Source of the DNA: Gemmatimonadales bacterium
GTDB lineage: Bacteria > Gemmatimonadota > Gemmatimonadetes > Gemmatimonadales > GWC2-71-9
Reading direction: 5' to 3'
DNA length: 64,000 nucleotides
Assembly (NCBI GenBank): GCA_011772755.1
Contig: WVYX01000192.1
Location: forward strand, 1,856-65,855
This document shows positions 9,094 through 18,372 of the stretch, piece after piece (within the stretch, counting starts at the first letter, position 1; the number at the start of each line of letters is the position of its first letter). A program made the translations under genes and the position numbers. The notes under the pieces were generated by a model. That model did not search any database. It saw only the letters and a program-made list of their open reading frames with translations, and was not told where the DNA came from.

Positions 9094-9724
9094 GCTCGCT
9101 ATCACGCTGCTTTTGTTCCCCGGCTCGCTGTCGGCGCAGGGGTTTCTCGAGCAGTTCAGCTACGAAGGCCTGCGGTTTTCGGGGATTGGCTTCGAGTTCG
9201 GGGTCGTGGCGTCCGACCGCCTGACGGCGGAGCCCACCGGCGCCCTCCGGATCGACTACGGCTTCATCGGGCCCAAGGTTCGTGTGCTCATCGGTGCGTC
9301 GTACTTCAAGGGCGATTTCAACGCCGATGAGGTCAGTCAGTTCGAGACTCGCCTGCGGGGCGTGGTCCAGGACCCCACCGGCGATTTCGACATCGACGTT
9401 GGAACCATCACGTGGGCTGATCTCGAGGCCGCTCTGGATCTCCAGTATGTCCTCCAGCCGGATGGCCCGGTGAACCCGTATTTCGGCTTCGGCCTCGGCG
9501 TGCACATACGTGACGGGGACGGGGTCGCCATCGACGAGACCTTCGTCGAGGACGCGCTGGACACGATCGCGGCGGGTCTCACCCTGTCGCTCGGCGTCGA
9601 GATCGCCGTGGCGCGGCCCTTCTACTTCACCACCGACATCCGCGGGGAGGTCACCAGCGAACTCCGGACCGTGGCGGTCCGCGGTGGGTTCATGTATCGG
9701 ATCCCTCGGGGAGGCGGCGAGTGA
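9077..9724 (+). CDS. Secreted hypothetical protein, probable small outer-membrane beta-barrel
   Basis: Signal peptide (LAITLLLFPGSLSAQ), alternating beta-strand-like pattern rich in G/Y/F. No family recognised. Confidence 0.55.
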   Translation: MNAATRLAITLLLFPGSLSAQGFLEQFSYEGLRFSGIGFEFGVVASDRLTAEPTGALRIDYGFIGPKVRVLIGASYFKGDFNADEVSQFETRLRGVVQDPTGDFDIDVGTITWADLEAALDLQYVLQPDGPVNPYFGFGLGVHIRDGDGVAIDETFVEDALDTIAAGLTLSLGVEIAVARPFYFTTDIRGEVTSELRTVAVRGGFMYRIPRGGGE

Positions 9725-10731
9725 GCGACGCCGTCAAGCTCGGCGTCATTGGGGCCGGCGCCATTGCGCAAGTGGCTCACCTGGTCGTCCTCGGCAGGCT
9801 CGAAGGGGTCAGGATGGTGGGGATCTGCGACACCGACGTGGCGACGGCACAGGCGCTGGCGGGGCGGTTCGGCATCAGTGATGTCTACGACGATATCGAA
9901 GACCTCTTCCGGTACTCCCAGCCGGATGCGGTCGTGATCTGCACCCCGAATCATCTCCACGAAGTGCACGTCATGAGCGCTTTGTCCGCCGGTATGCACG
10001 TGCTGTGCGAACGGCCACTGGCGCTCACGCTGGACGGGGTCGAGCGGGTCATGGCGGCCCGGGAACAGGCCGACCGTGCCGTCCTGGTGGGCATGAATCA
10101 TCGGTATCGCAGCGACGTGGAAGCGGTGCGGCACTTTGTGGCGGGTGGTGAGCTGGGTCCCCTCCGGTTGATACGGGGCACGTGGCACATCTTTCGACCG
10201 ACTGGCCCCGCTGCAGGATGGCGCGAGCGCCGCGCCGAGTCGGGCGGCGGCGCCATGTTTGACCTGGGCTTGCCACTGGTGGATCTGGCGCTGTGGCTTT
10301 CCGGTTGCCCTGCGGCGAAGCGGGTGACGGCGGTCCTCAGTGCCCGCGAGGAAGAGTCGGAGGTGGAGGACTCCGGATGTGCCCTCATCCGGTGCCAGCA
10401 CGATCATTCGATCTTTGTGGACGTCTCGTGGCGTTTCGTGGGAAAGGCCGAGGCGTTCTCGTTCCAGGTCATGGGGAATCGGGGATCCGCGAGTATCGCC
10501 CCACTGGCCGTGTTCAAGGAGATGCATGCAGCGCCGGTCAACGTGACTCCCACTGAGCCCAAGTCCCACGAGGACGTGTTCAGTGGATCGTATCGGGCGG
10601 AATGGGAGCATTTCCTGGACATCGTGCGTGGGGACGCGGCGCACCCCGAACTGAAGGACCAGCTACTACTCCACCGTACGATGGAAGCCATCCGGCGCTC
10701 GGCTGAAGAAGGCCGCGACATCGTTCCGTGA
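9721..10731 (+). CDS. Gfo/Idh/MocA-family NAD(P)-dependent oxidoreductase
   Basis: N-terminal Rossmann motif KLGVIGAGAIAQ plus the ERP motif (LCERPLA). GTGA overlaps at both ends. Confidence 0.8.
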   Translation: MSDAVKLGVIGAGAIAQVAHLVVLGRLEGVRMVGICDTDVATAQALAGRFGISDVYDDIEDLFRYSQPDAVVICTPNHLHEVHVMSALSAGMHVLCERPLALTLDGVERVMAAREQADRAVLVGMNHRYRSDVEAVRHFVAGGELGPLRLIRGTWHIFRPTGPAAGWRERRAESGGGAMFDLGLPLVDLALWLSGCPAAKRVTAVLSAREEESEVEDSGCALIRCQHDHSIFVDVSWRFVGKAEAFSFQVMGNRGSASIAPLAVFKEMHAAPVNVTPTEPKSHEDVFSGSYRAEWEHFLDIVRGDAAHPELKDQLLLHRTMEAIRRSAEEGRDIVP

Positions 10732-12260
10732 AAGCCCTCGCACTGCCCCGGGGTGATTGGCCCCTCATCGTCGGCGGAGCGATTCTGCTCTGCACAGCGT
10801 ATCCGCCTTTTCACCTCGTCGTTCCCTCCTTCGTGTGCCTCATCCCGGCAGTCTGGCTCATCTCCGCTGGAGCACTGGACCAGCGACCCCTCAGACGGCA
10901 CCTCGTACAGGGATTCTGGTTCGGTCTACTCTCGAACGGGTTGATCCTGTACTGGATGGTCGTTGCCCTGTGGCGTTTCACGAAGCTGTCGGCTCTGGGC
11001 TACGGCGCCACGATCGTCGTCCTCGGTCTGACCGGTGCTGCGCTCTTCGCGCTCACCGGTTGGGTGGCCCGCCGTACGAGCCTGAGCTTGCTGGTCGTCT
11101 TCCCGGTGCTCTGGACTATGGCGGAGTGGCTCATCGGTCACCTGAGCGATGTTCGTTTCCCGTGGCTCGGTCTGGGCACCTCCCTCAGCCGCGCTCCCAC
11201 CTTGGTGCAGATCGCGGACGTCGTGGGTGCACGGGGGCTTACACTGCTCTTGGCCGCTGCCAATACTGCGCTTGCGCTGGCGTGGCTGCGGCGGCATAAC
11301 CGACCGCAGGTGGTGGCGCTGGCCGGTGGCGTAGCTGCGGGCATCGTGTTCGCCCTTGGTTATGGCATCGTGCGTGAGCGCACGCTCTCATTGCGCCCGG
11401 TGGGCAACATCGTGGTGCTCCAACCGAACGTGGACTACGACGAGAAATGGCAGCCGGGCAACCGGGACGCGATTCTGCAGCGCGTGCTCGATATGTCAGC
11501 GCAGGCCATCGAACAGACCGAACCCGATCTCGTGGTGTGGCCCGAAGCGGCGGTGCCGGACTACTTCATTCGACGTCCGAACTGGGCGACCCGGATCGCT
11601 GAGCTGGCCCGGGAGAGCCGCACCCCACAGTTCGTGGGCGGGCTGGACGCGGAGCGGACTGCTGACGGGAGAATCGAGGTGTTCAATGCCGCGTTTCTGT
11701 TCGACTCCCTCGGCCGGTCGGACGCGTACCCGGTGTACCATAAGCGCTATCTGGTGCCGATTACCGAGCGGGTACCGTTCCTCCCCCCACGCTGGTTCCG
11801 GAGTCTGGAGCACTTCGGCGGGGCTACGCCGGGGCGCGAGACCCCGGTCTATCGCGTTGGCATTGGCCGCTTCGGGACGCTCATCTGCTACGAGTCGGCG
11901 TTCGAGGATCTGAGCCGCAGTTATCGGCGGCAGGGCGCCGACTTCCTCCTCAACATCACCAACGACGCGTGGTTCGGCCGGACGAGTGCACCGTATCAGC
12001 ACGCTGCCCATCTGGTGATGCGGGCGATCGAGAATCGAGTCGGCATTGCCCGTGCGGCCAACACCGGCATCTCGGAGTTCGTCGATCCCTTGGGGCGAGA
12101 GTATCGGCGGACAGGGTTGTACGTCAGGGCCGTCGAGAACCATGAGCTGGTCACCAGCGACGTGATGACCATCTACACCCGATGGGGCGACTGGGTTGGG
12201 ACCCTGAACCTGATGGCGACGCTGTTCTTGGTGGGGTATGCTCTGTGGCGGAAACGCTGA
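10728..12260 (+). CDS. lnt: Apolipoprotein N-acyltransferase
   Basis: Multi-helix N-terminal membrane domain followed by a CN-hydrolase domain with WPEAAVP and catalytic-Cys context LICYESAF. 510 aa. Confidence 0.88.
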   Translation: MKALALPRGDWPLIVGGAILLCTAYPPFHLVVPSFVCLIPAVWLISAGALDQRPLRRHLVQGFWFGLLSNGLILYWMVVALWRFTKLSALGYGATIVVLGLTGAALFALTGWVARRTSLSLLVVFPVLWTMAEWLIGHLSDVRFPWLGLGTSLSRAPTLVQIADVVGARGLTLLLAAANTALALAWLRRHNRPQVVALAGGVAAGIVFALGYGIVRERTLSLRPVGNIVVLQPNVDYDEKWQPGNRDAILQRVLDMSAQAIEQTEPDLVVWPEAAVPDYFIRRPNWATRIAELARESRTPQFVGGLDAERTADGRIEVFNAAFLFDSLGRSDAYPVYHKRYLVPITERVPFLPPRWFRSLEHFGGATPGRETPVYRVGIGRFGTLICYESAFEDLSRSYRRQGADFLLNITNDAWFGRTSAPYQHAAHLVMRAIENRVGIARAANTGISEFVDPLGREYRRTGLYVRAVENHELVTSDVMTIYTRWGDWVGTLNLMATLFLVGYALWRKR

Positions 12261-12271
12261 TACGCGTCGCT

Positions 12272-12342
12272 GTGGGGTGTGTGGCTTGCGGTTAGTGGTG
12301 TGAGATTAAAGTTGGGGCCGGAACCATCGGACCACACCCCAC
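12272..12342. terminator. Long-loop inverted repeat between convergent lnt and HD-GYP genes (possible bidirectional terminator)
   Basis: GTGGGGTGTG (12272-12281) is the exact reverse complement of CACACCCCAC (12333-12342). Both arms are G/T- or C/A-rich low complexity. No U-tract. Confidence 0.35.
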
Positions 12343-12361
12343 CAACCACTGACCCAAGCGG

Positions 12362-14314
12362 CTAGCTTGCTTCTTCGCTTTCCGCAGCCTTTTGAAACGC
12401 CTTCGCTTCCGAGAACAGTCTGAGGAGTGCGGGATCCAGCATCCCGGCTTCCGTCTCGTCCCGCAAGATATCGAGGGCTCGGGGCACCGGCACGGCATGT
12501 TTGTACGGTCGGTCGGATGCCGTCAGTGCGTCGAAGATGTCCGCGATCGTCATCATGCGCGTCTGGATGGGGATTCGCTCGGCCCCCACGCGCCGAGGGT
12601 AGCCCGATCCATCCAGCTTCTCGTGGTGTCCGAAGGCGATGTCAGGGACCGACCGGAGTTCCGGGGTCCACGGGATCTGCATGAGAAACCGATACGTATG
12701 CGTGACGTGGCTCTCGATCTCCTCTCGCTCACTCTGATCAAGACTACCCTTGCGAATGGAGAGGAACCGCACCTCGTCGCCGGTGAGGTACGGCTGCGAC
12801 TTCCCGTCGAGGTCCTCGAAGTACCGACTCGCATAGCGGCGTAGACTCTCGAAGCTCCCCTCCGGCAGGACCGTCGGTTCGTTCGATTCGAGCACCAGCC
12901 GCATGAACCGGTCCAGCTCCTCGATCTGCGTGCGATAGTCGGCTTCCAGGCGGCGGAGGAACTCCTCATAGCCTTGCCGGCCGTTGCGCTCCAGATACTG
13001 CGCGCGCTGGCGATGGAATTCGCTCTCTTGCGTGCGGCGGATGAACGCGAAGCGCTGCTTGATCAGCGCCAGGTCGGACGGGGGAAGCTTTTTCGCCTTG
13101 ACGAGCACCTGCTCCCGCACACCTACCTTCCCGAAGTCGTGGAGCAGACCGGCGTAGCGAATCTCACGGAGCTCTTCACGGGAATACCCGACGTGGCGAT
13201 ACGGTCCCTCTCGGGTGCGGTCCACCGCCTCGGCCAGCGCCACCGTCATGGACGCCACCCGTCCGGAGTGCCCGAACGTGGTGGGGTCCCGCTGCTCGAT
13301 GGCATAGACCGACGCTCGGACGAATCCCTCGAACAGTCGCTCGATGCCCTCATAGAGCTGGCTGTTCTCGATGGACACGGCGGCCTGCCCCGCCATGGCG
13401 GAGACTAGCTCGACGAGGCGGTGGGTGTACGGAATCACCTCCGCGTCAAAGTCCTCGGGGCTGGTGAGCTTGGCGTCACCGTGCCGCTTGCGGTTGATGA
13501 GCTGGAGCACCCCGATGACCGTGTCCTTGTGATCCTTCATCGGGATGGTGAGCATCGATTTTGAACGGTATCCGTACCTCTCATCAATCGAGCGGTTGAA
13601 CGTGTAGTCCACGTCTGGAGGAAGGAAATACACGTCGTCGATGACCAGGGGCTCACCGGTGGTCGCGGCACACCCTGCGATGCTCGTCGTGTCGAGGGGC
13701 ATCGTGTACTCCACCAGAGGTATGTCAGGCCGTGACGTGGTCTGCGACAGCTTGAACCGGAGGCGCCGTGGCTGGTCCTCGGGTGTCTCGACGAGATACA
13801 GGCTTGCCGCGTCGGAGGCGGTCAGTTCTAGCGCCTGTGACAGGATCAGCTCGAGCAGCGCGTCGTAGTCGCGCTCCGTGGAGAGCGCCATCCCGATCCG
13901 CGTGAGTTCCTTGATCTCCCTTGCACGGTATGCGGCTTCCTGGCGCGCGCGGGAGCTTTCGGCGCGGGCGGCCGCTTCACGGTATGCCGTACGGAGCGCG
14001 ACCAGGAGGTGCCGCGTACCGAAGGGCTGCGGAACGAATGCGCTGATCAGGTCGTCGGGCAGGGCGGTGGGGGCGTCTTTCTCGTCCGGGGCGCCGATTG
14101 CCACGATGGCACCACCTGCGCTCACGAACGTGCGGAGCTGGGCCGCGGGAAACGCCGAGCGACTAGCGGAATCCAGCACGAGCGTCGTTGGTACGTCGGC
14201 GACAGACAGGCCGTCCGCGGGTGTCACTTGTCGCGCGTCAACCGCTTCAGCCTCCAGGGCGGGGGCGATGGGATCCAGATCGAGGCTGGCTGGATGGAGC
14301 AGTACGTACTTCAT
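12362..14314 (-). CDS. HD-GYP-domain phosphodiesterase with N-terminal REC-like and central GAF-like regions
   Basis: HDFGKVGV and HHEKLDGSGYPR motifs in the C-terminal half. Central segment resembles GAF (SLYLVE ... MLTIPM ... GVLQLIN). ATG overlaps the mlaD stop (ATGA at 14311-14314). Confidence 0.85.
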   Translation of the reverse strand: MKYVLLHPASLDLDPIAPALEAEAVDARQVTPADGLSVADVPTTLVLDSASRSAFPAAQLRTFVSAGGAIVAIGAPDEKDAPTALPDDLISAFVPQPFGTRHLLVALRTAYREAAARAESSRARQEAAYRAREIKELTRIGMALSTERDYDALLELILSQALELTASDAASLYLVETPEDQPRRLRFKLSQTTSRPDIPLVEYTMPLDTTSIAGCAATTGEPLVIDDVYFLPPDVDYTFNRSIDERYGYRSKSMLTIPMKDHKDTVIGVLQLINRKRHGDAKLTSPEDFDAEVIPYTHRLVELVSAMAGQAAVSIENSQLYEGIERLFEGFVRASVYAIEQRDPTTFGHSGRVASMTVALAEAVDRTREGPYRHVGYSREELREIRYAGLLHDFGKVGVREQVLVKAKKLPPSDLALIKQRFAFIRRTQESEFHRQRAQYLERNGRQGYEEFLRRLEADYRTQIEELDRFMRLVLESNEPTVLPEGSFESLRRYASRYFEDLDGKSQPYLTGDEVRFLSIRKGSLDQSEREEIESHVTHTYRFLMQIPWTPELRSVPDIAFGHHEKLDGSGYPRRVGAERIPIQTRMMTIADIFDALTASDRPYKHAVPVPRALDILRDETEAGMLDPALLRLFSEAKAFQKAAESEEAS

Positions 14315-15168
14315 TTCGGCTGCTTCGCGGTATCGGGCGGCGGGGTGACGCCGGTGAGGATCCGCAGGGGACGTCGGCTGATCTTGTCCGCGAGGTTCTC
14401 GAGAATCACGGCGGAGCGGCTCAGGTTGGCGATCGTCTCATTGATGGCTTCTCGGTTCTCGCTGGCCATCCCGTAGGCGGTGGTGGCAAGGCTGTCCAGT
14501 TGGGCCAGCACGTCGCGAGTGAGCACGAGTGTCGCTACGAGGCTGTCGGCGATTGGCCCGACGCGGGGTTCGACCTGCGCCAGGATGCGGTCCGTCCGTT
14601 CCAGACTCTCCGTCAGGCGTTCGAGCACGGTTTCGAGCTGAGGCCGGGTGCTTGCCAGCAGGCTGCCGGTGGCGTCCACGGTCTGGGTCGTTCGGCTCAC
14701 GAGCTGTCGGGTTTCTGCCAGAGCGGCCACCAGGTCGCCACGCATTTCCGACGCGATCTGCGACAGCGCGTCCACCACGCTGGCGCGGCGCTGGGACCCG
14801 ATGGTATCGCCTGGCTGCAGGTCTGCCTGACCCGGCGCGGGTGGTGGCATGGTGAGCTGGATGACCGTAGGGCCCACCAAAGTCGGGGGTGGAGCGATTT
14901 CCGCTTTGATCTCTGCCGGCAGCCCCAGGCGCGTCCCGTCCGGAAACCGCTCTCGGATGGACAGCGTGGCGATGAATCCCAGGGTGTTAGTCGCTGAATC
15001 GAGTTTCGGGTTCACCTCGGTCACGCGTCCGATCTCCAGGCCCTGAAGCACCACGCGGGTATCCCGGGTGAGGCCTTCGGCCTCGCCGGCGCGCATGTAG
15101 ATCACATACCGGCCCTCCATCAGCCCGCTGGTCAACACCAGGGCGCCGATGATGATGCCCAGACTCAC
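14311..15168 (-). CDS. mlaD: MlaD/MCE-family substrate-binding protein
   Basis: N-terminal TM helix then MCE core (VVLQGLEIGRVTEV). The first canonical start is GTG at 15168, but the helix continues upstream to the preceding stop (see findings). Confidence 0.8.
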   Translation of the reverse strand: MSLGIIIGALVLTSGLMEGRYVIYMRAGEAEGLTRDTRVVLQGLEIGRVTEVNPKLDSATNTLGFIATLSIRERFPDGTRLGLPAEIKAEIAPPPTLVGPTVIQLTMPPPAPGQADLQPGDTIGSQRRASVVDALSQIASEMRGDLVAALAETRQLVSRTTQTVDATGSLLASTRPQLETVLERLTESLERTDRILAQVEPRVGPIADSLVATLVLTRDVLAQLDSLATTAYGMASENREAINETIANLSRSAVILENLADKISRRPLRILTGVTPPPDTAKQPK

Positions 15169-15222
15169 AAGGATGAACAGGCCGACCAGGAAATCGGTGC
15201 GTCCCGTGGGTTCCTCCCGAAC

Positions 15223-15897
15223 TCAGCCTTGCCGCCGCAGCTCACCCTTGGCGAGCCGGTAGCGGATCTCGATGCGGGGCTCCAATTGCTGGGGGACATA
15301 CTGCCCCGTCATGAACACCGTCCGCCTCGAACCTGCCTCAATTTCGCCACCTCGCGCAAGCTCCAGCACTTCGGCCGCGGCTCGGTTCGTGAGACCGTCG
15401 AACGGATCGGCCATGATTACCAGATCCGGGTCGAACGCCAGCGCCCGCGCCAAGGCCGCACGCCGTCGCTGCTCGTCGGTCGCTGACGCCGGCCTCAGAT
15501 CTGCCGCATCCACCAGTTGCAGCAGCGCTAGCATGATCCGTATCCGGCCGTCGATCTCCCGCTCCGTCATGTCGCTCCCGAAGCGCAGCGGTAGAGCGAT
15601 GTTGTCACGCAGGGAGAGGTTGTGCAACAGGCCGTCGCCGGCCGGAAGGTATCCCACCTGCCGGCGGAAGGCGAGCGTGGCACGCCGGGGCAACTTGGCG
15701 ACGTCCTGGCCGAACAGGAACACCCGGCCCGTGGTGGGCCGGTGGAGGGCCAGGGCGTATCCTGGTAGCGCGTCCACCCCGCTGGCTTCCGGCCCCACCA
15801 CCAGCACGGCACGGTGCTCGGGGACCTCCAATGTGGCGCCGCCAACGGCGATCCCGGGAAGGGAGATGTTCTCGAACTTGAGCGGCGCCGGCGTCAT
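15223..15897 (-). CDS. MlaF-like ABC nucleotide-binding-domain protein with degenerate catalytic motifs
   Basis: Collinear with ABC NBDs (LKFENISL ... RRQVGYL ... NIALPLRF ... RRRAALARALAFDPDLVIM). Walker A reads GPEASGVD, the signature reads ASATD, Walker B reads IMADPF, the H-loop reads MTGQ. ATG 15897 overlaps the mlaE stop (ATGA). Confidence 0.8.
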   Translation of the reverse strand: MTPAPLKFENISLPGIAVGGATLEVPEHRAVLVVGPEASGVDALPGYALALHRPTTGRVFLFGQDVAKLPRRATLAFRRQVGYLPAGDGLLHNLSLRDNIALPLRFGSDMTEREIDGRIRIMLALLQLVDAADLRPASATDEQRRRAALARALAFDPDLVIMADPFDGLTNRAAAEVLELARGGEIEAGSRRTVFMTGQYVPQQLEPRIEIRYRLAKGELRRQG

Positions 15898-16676
15898 GAC
15901 AGCAAGACGACGAAGAGGCCAGAGCAGATGAAGATAGCCACGATGCTGGCGACCACCGCCTGGCTCGAGGCAATGGGCACTTCGGTGGGAGAACCGCGGA
16001 TCGCCAGTCCCTGAAAACTGGGAATCATGCCCACGATGGTGCCGAACACCAGGCCCTTCACCACCGTGAGCCACACATCGCGAAACGTGAGGGAAGCGAG
16101 GACGATGTCAAAGTAGCGTGCGCTGGTCATCCCCGACGCGGCGGCGGCGAGCAGACCTGCGAAGATCGCCACGAGGTCGAAGAAGATGATCAAGCCCAAC
16201 AGCGAGAGGAGAGCCGCGCCGAAACGGGGAAGCACGTGATAGTGGAGGGGATCGATGCCCATGCCCTCAAGGGCGTTCATTTCGCCCATCACCTTGTTCG
16301 TGGCCAGCTCCGCCGCGATCGCCGTGCCCGAGCGCCCGGCCACGACCAGGGCTGTCAGCAGGGGACCGAGCTCCCGCACGATGGCCACGACCATGAGCCG
16401 CCCGATAAGCTCGGTGGCCCCCAGCCGCCCCAGCTCCCGAACGGCCTGGGAGATCACCAGGAAGCTCAGGATCGATGAGAGAACGATGATCAGGGGGACG
16501 GCTTGGAGGGCCGTGAACCACACCTGCCGCAGGAGAACGCGCAGGGCGACGCGGCGGCCTGCCCTCGGCAGCCAGCGCCACGATCCGAGCGTGAGAACGA
16601 AGAAGCGCGCCAGCGCCCCGAGCCAGGCGATTGAGCGCGCTACTCCTTGTCCGAGTGCCGCAACCGGCGCTGTCAC
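15894..16676 (-). CDS. mlaE: MlaE-family ABC transporter permease
   Basis: 260 aa polytopic protein with the conserved VRELGPLLTALVVAGRSGTAIAAELATNKV block typical of MlaE/Ttg2B permeases. GTG start. Confidence 0.88.
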   Translation of the reverse strand: MTAPVAALGQGVARSIAWLGALARFFVLTLGSWRWLPRAGRRVALRVLLRQVWFTALQAVPLIIVLSSILSFLVISQAVRELGRLGATELIGRLMVVAIVRELGPLLTALVVAGRSGTAIAAELATNKVMGEMNALEGMGIDPLHYHVLPRFGAALLSLLGLIIFFDLVAIFAGLLAAAASGMTSARYFDIVLASLTFRDVWLTVVKGLVFGTIVGMIPSFQGLAIRGSPTEVPIASSQAVVASIVAIFICSGLFVVLLS

Positions 16677-16688
16677 GCGCCTATGTTA

Positions 16689-17390
16689 CTATCCCTGCTG
16701 GATCTGCTTCAAGGCCTCCTGCGCCTCGGTGTACTCCGGGAACTCCCGCGTCACCTGGGTGAATAGCTCCACCGCCCGGTCGGTATCACCCCGGTCGGCG
16801 TACAGCAACGCCTTGCTGTAAAGCCGGAGCGCTTCCGGCGCGATCCGTTCGGACCGCTGCTGTCGCTGCTGGAAGGCCTGCCGGGCCAGGGGCGGCAGAT
16901 CGAGCCCGCGGGTCAGGTCGTTGGCGAGGTCCACGACGATGGAGAACATCTTGTCCCGGTTGTCACGCCCGCGCTCGACCTTGATGATCTCGCTGGTTTC
17001 GACATCCACGACGCGCGCGGTGAGGGTGAAGTCGCCGTACCAGTCTATGAACGTCCCAAACACCATGTACCTGGCGCCCACGAGTTTACCCACCCGGGCT
17101 GCGGTGCTCGGGTCCACCGTGCCTGAAGCCCCCAGCTCCAACTCCCGGACCAAGTCGGCAATCCGGCCGCGCTCGATGACGCGGAGCTGGTCGTTGACCG
17201 CAAACTCCGTCAGGAGGAGCTGTTGGATGCCCACGGTGAGCGCTTCGAAGTCTTCCTTGTCCTGACCGTACGAACCGCCGTCCTCGAACGGCATCACGGC
17301 CACGCCGGGCCGAGTGTCCTGCGCGGTCACGACCCGTGGTGCCACGAGCCCTGCGACCAGGGTCACGGCCAAAATCGAACGCCAGCGCAT
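16689..17390 (-). CDS. Secreted TolB-N/CsgG-like domain protein with C-terminal TPR-like helices
   Basis: Signal peptide (ILAVTLVAGLVAPRVVTAQD), VAVMPFEDGG ... ARYMVFGTF ... pattern of the TolB-N/CsgG-like fold, then TPR-like ALRLYSKALLYADRGDTDRAVELF. ATG 17390 is preceded by GGAGGAAAGG. Alternative ATG at 17405. Confidence 0.65.
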   Translation of the reverse strand: MRWRSILAVTLVAGLVAPRVVTAQDTRPGVAVMPFEDGGSYGQDKEDFEALTVGIQQLLLTEFAVNDQLRVIERGRIADLVRELELGASGTVDPSTAARVGKLVGARYMVFGTFIDWYGDFTLTARVVDVETSEIIKVERGRDNRDKMFSIVVDLANDLTRGLDLPPLARQAFQQRQQRSERIAPEALRLYSKALLYADRGDTDRAVELFTQVTREFPEYTEAQEALKQIQQG

Positions 17391-17404
17391 AGACCTTTCC
17401 TCCA

Positions 17405-18280
17405 TCACAGAGTCAGTTGCATCCCTTCGGTTGCGGCAAACACGTCGAGCGAATGCCCTGCCTCCTCCGCTTCGTTGCGAGTTGCCTCGAGCAGATTGTC
17501 CATAACGGCATCGTCGTGTTCCGGCCGGTGGTGAAACAGGAGCAGCTGCTTCACCCCAGCCTCCCCGGCCAACGCCACCGCCTCGGACGGTGTCGAATGA
17601 CCCCAGCCACGGTGTTGATCCAGATCTCCCGGCGCGTACATCGCGTCGTGGATGAGCACCTGCACCCCCGCGAGGAACTGCACAAACTCGGTGCGCCATG
17701 TCGGTGCCACGTCGTAGCTGCCGCCCGAGCCCAGCTCGTTGTCGGTTACGTATGCCATGCTGGCCCCGCCATCCGTCGGAGTCAGTCGGTAGCCGAGCGT
17801 GTTCCCAGGGTGGCGAAGCCGAATGGCTTCGACTGCAAACCCGTCGATCTCAAACGCTCCGGGGCCGACGTGCGCGACAGTCAGCTCGGCCGATAGTTGA
17901 TCCAGAGGCACCGGGAACACCACCGGGTGCATCTGCTGCCGGAGGATCACCCCGAGATCCACGTCGCCCTGTTTCGACCCCCAGATCCGCACCTCGTTCC
18001 CCTTGCCGAAGAACGGTGCAAAGAACGGCAATCCCTGAATGTGATCCCAGTGCGTGTGGCTCAGGAGCAGGTCGAGCTGCAGGCTGCCGTTGCCTAGCTT
18101 GACCAACTGCTTACCGAGGAGGCGGATACCGGTACCCGCATCCAGGATGACGAGGCGTTCCCCGGCGCCACTCCCGCACTGGACAGCCACGCACGGGGTG
18201 TTGCCACCGTACCGGGTGGTCAGCGCGCCAGGCGTAGGGACCGAGCCCCGGGCACCCCAGATGGTTATCGTGTACGCCAT
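17405..18280 (-). CDS. MBL-fold metallo-hydrolase
   Basis: WGARGSVPTPG ... YGGNTPC N-terminal block and the HTHWDH metal motif. 291 aa. Confidence 0.8.
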   Translation of the reverse strand: MAYTITIWGARGSVPTPGALTTRYGGNTPCVAVQCGSGAGERLVILDAGTGIRLLGKQLVKLGNGSLQLDLLLSHTHWDHIQGLPFFAPFFGKGNEVRIWGSKQGDVDLGVILRQQMHPVVFPVPLDQLSAELTVAHVGPGAFEIDGFAVEAIRLRHPGNTLGYRLTPTDGGASMAYVTDNELGSGGSYDVAPTWRTEFVQFLAGVQVLIHDAMYAPGDLDQHRGWGHSTPSEAVALAGEAGVKQLLLFHHRPEHDDAVMDNLLEATRNEAEEAGHSLDVFAATEGMQLTL

Positions 18281-18372
18281 GCACCCGATTTCGGCGCCAT
18301 CCCCGCCAAGCTACGGGGGGCCCCGAAGCTCGAGCAAGGCAACGTGTCACGGCGGGTCGGTGACATGGCTCA

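Noticed and set aside
10180-10200. TGGCAC-containing sequences as sigma-54 promoters for the NtrC-type regulator (also at 2553 and 19629)
   Set aside because: All the hits I saw lie inside coding regions and lack the properly spaced TTGC element.
9622-10644. 340-aa minus-strand ORF opposite the Gfo/Idh/MocA oxidoreductase
   Set aside because: The oxidoreductase frame has the Rossmann and ERP motifs plus overlap-coupled neighbours. The antisense frame has none.
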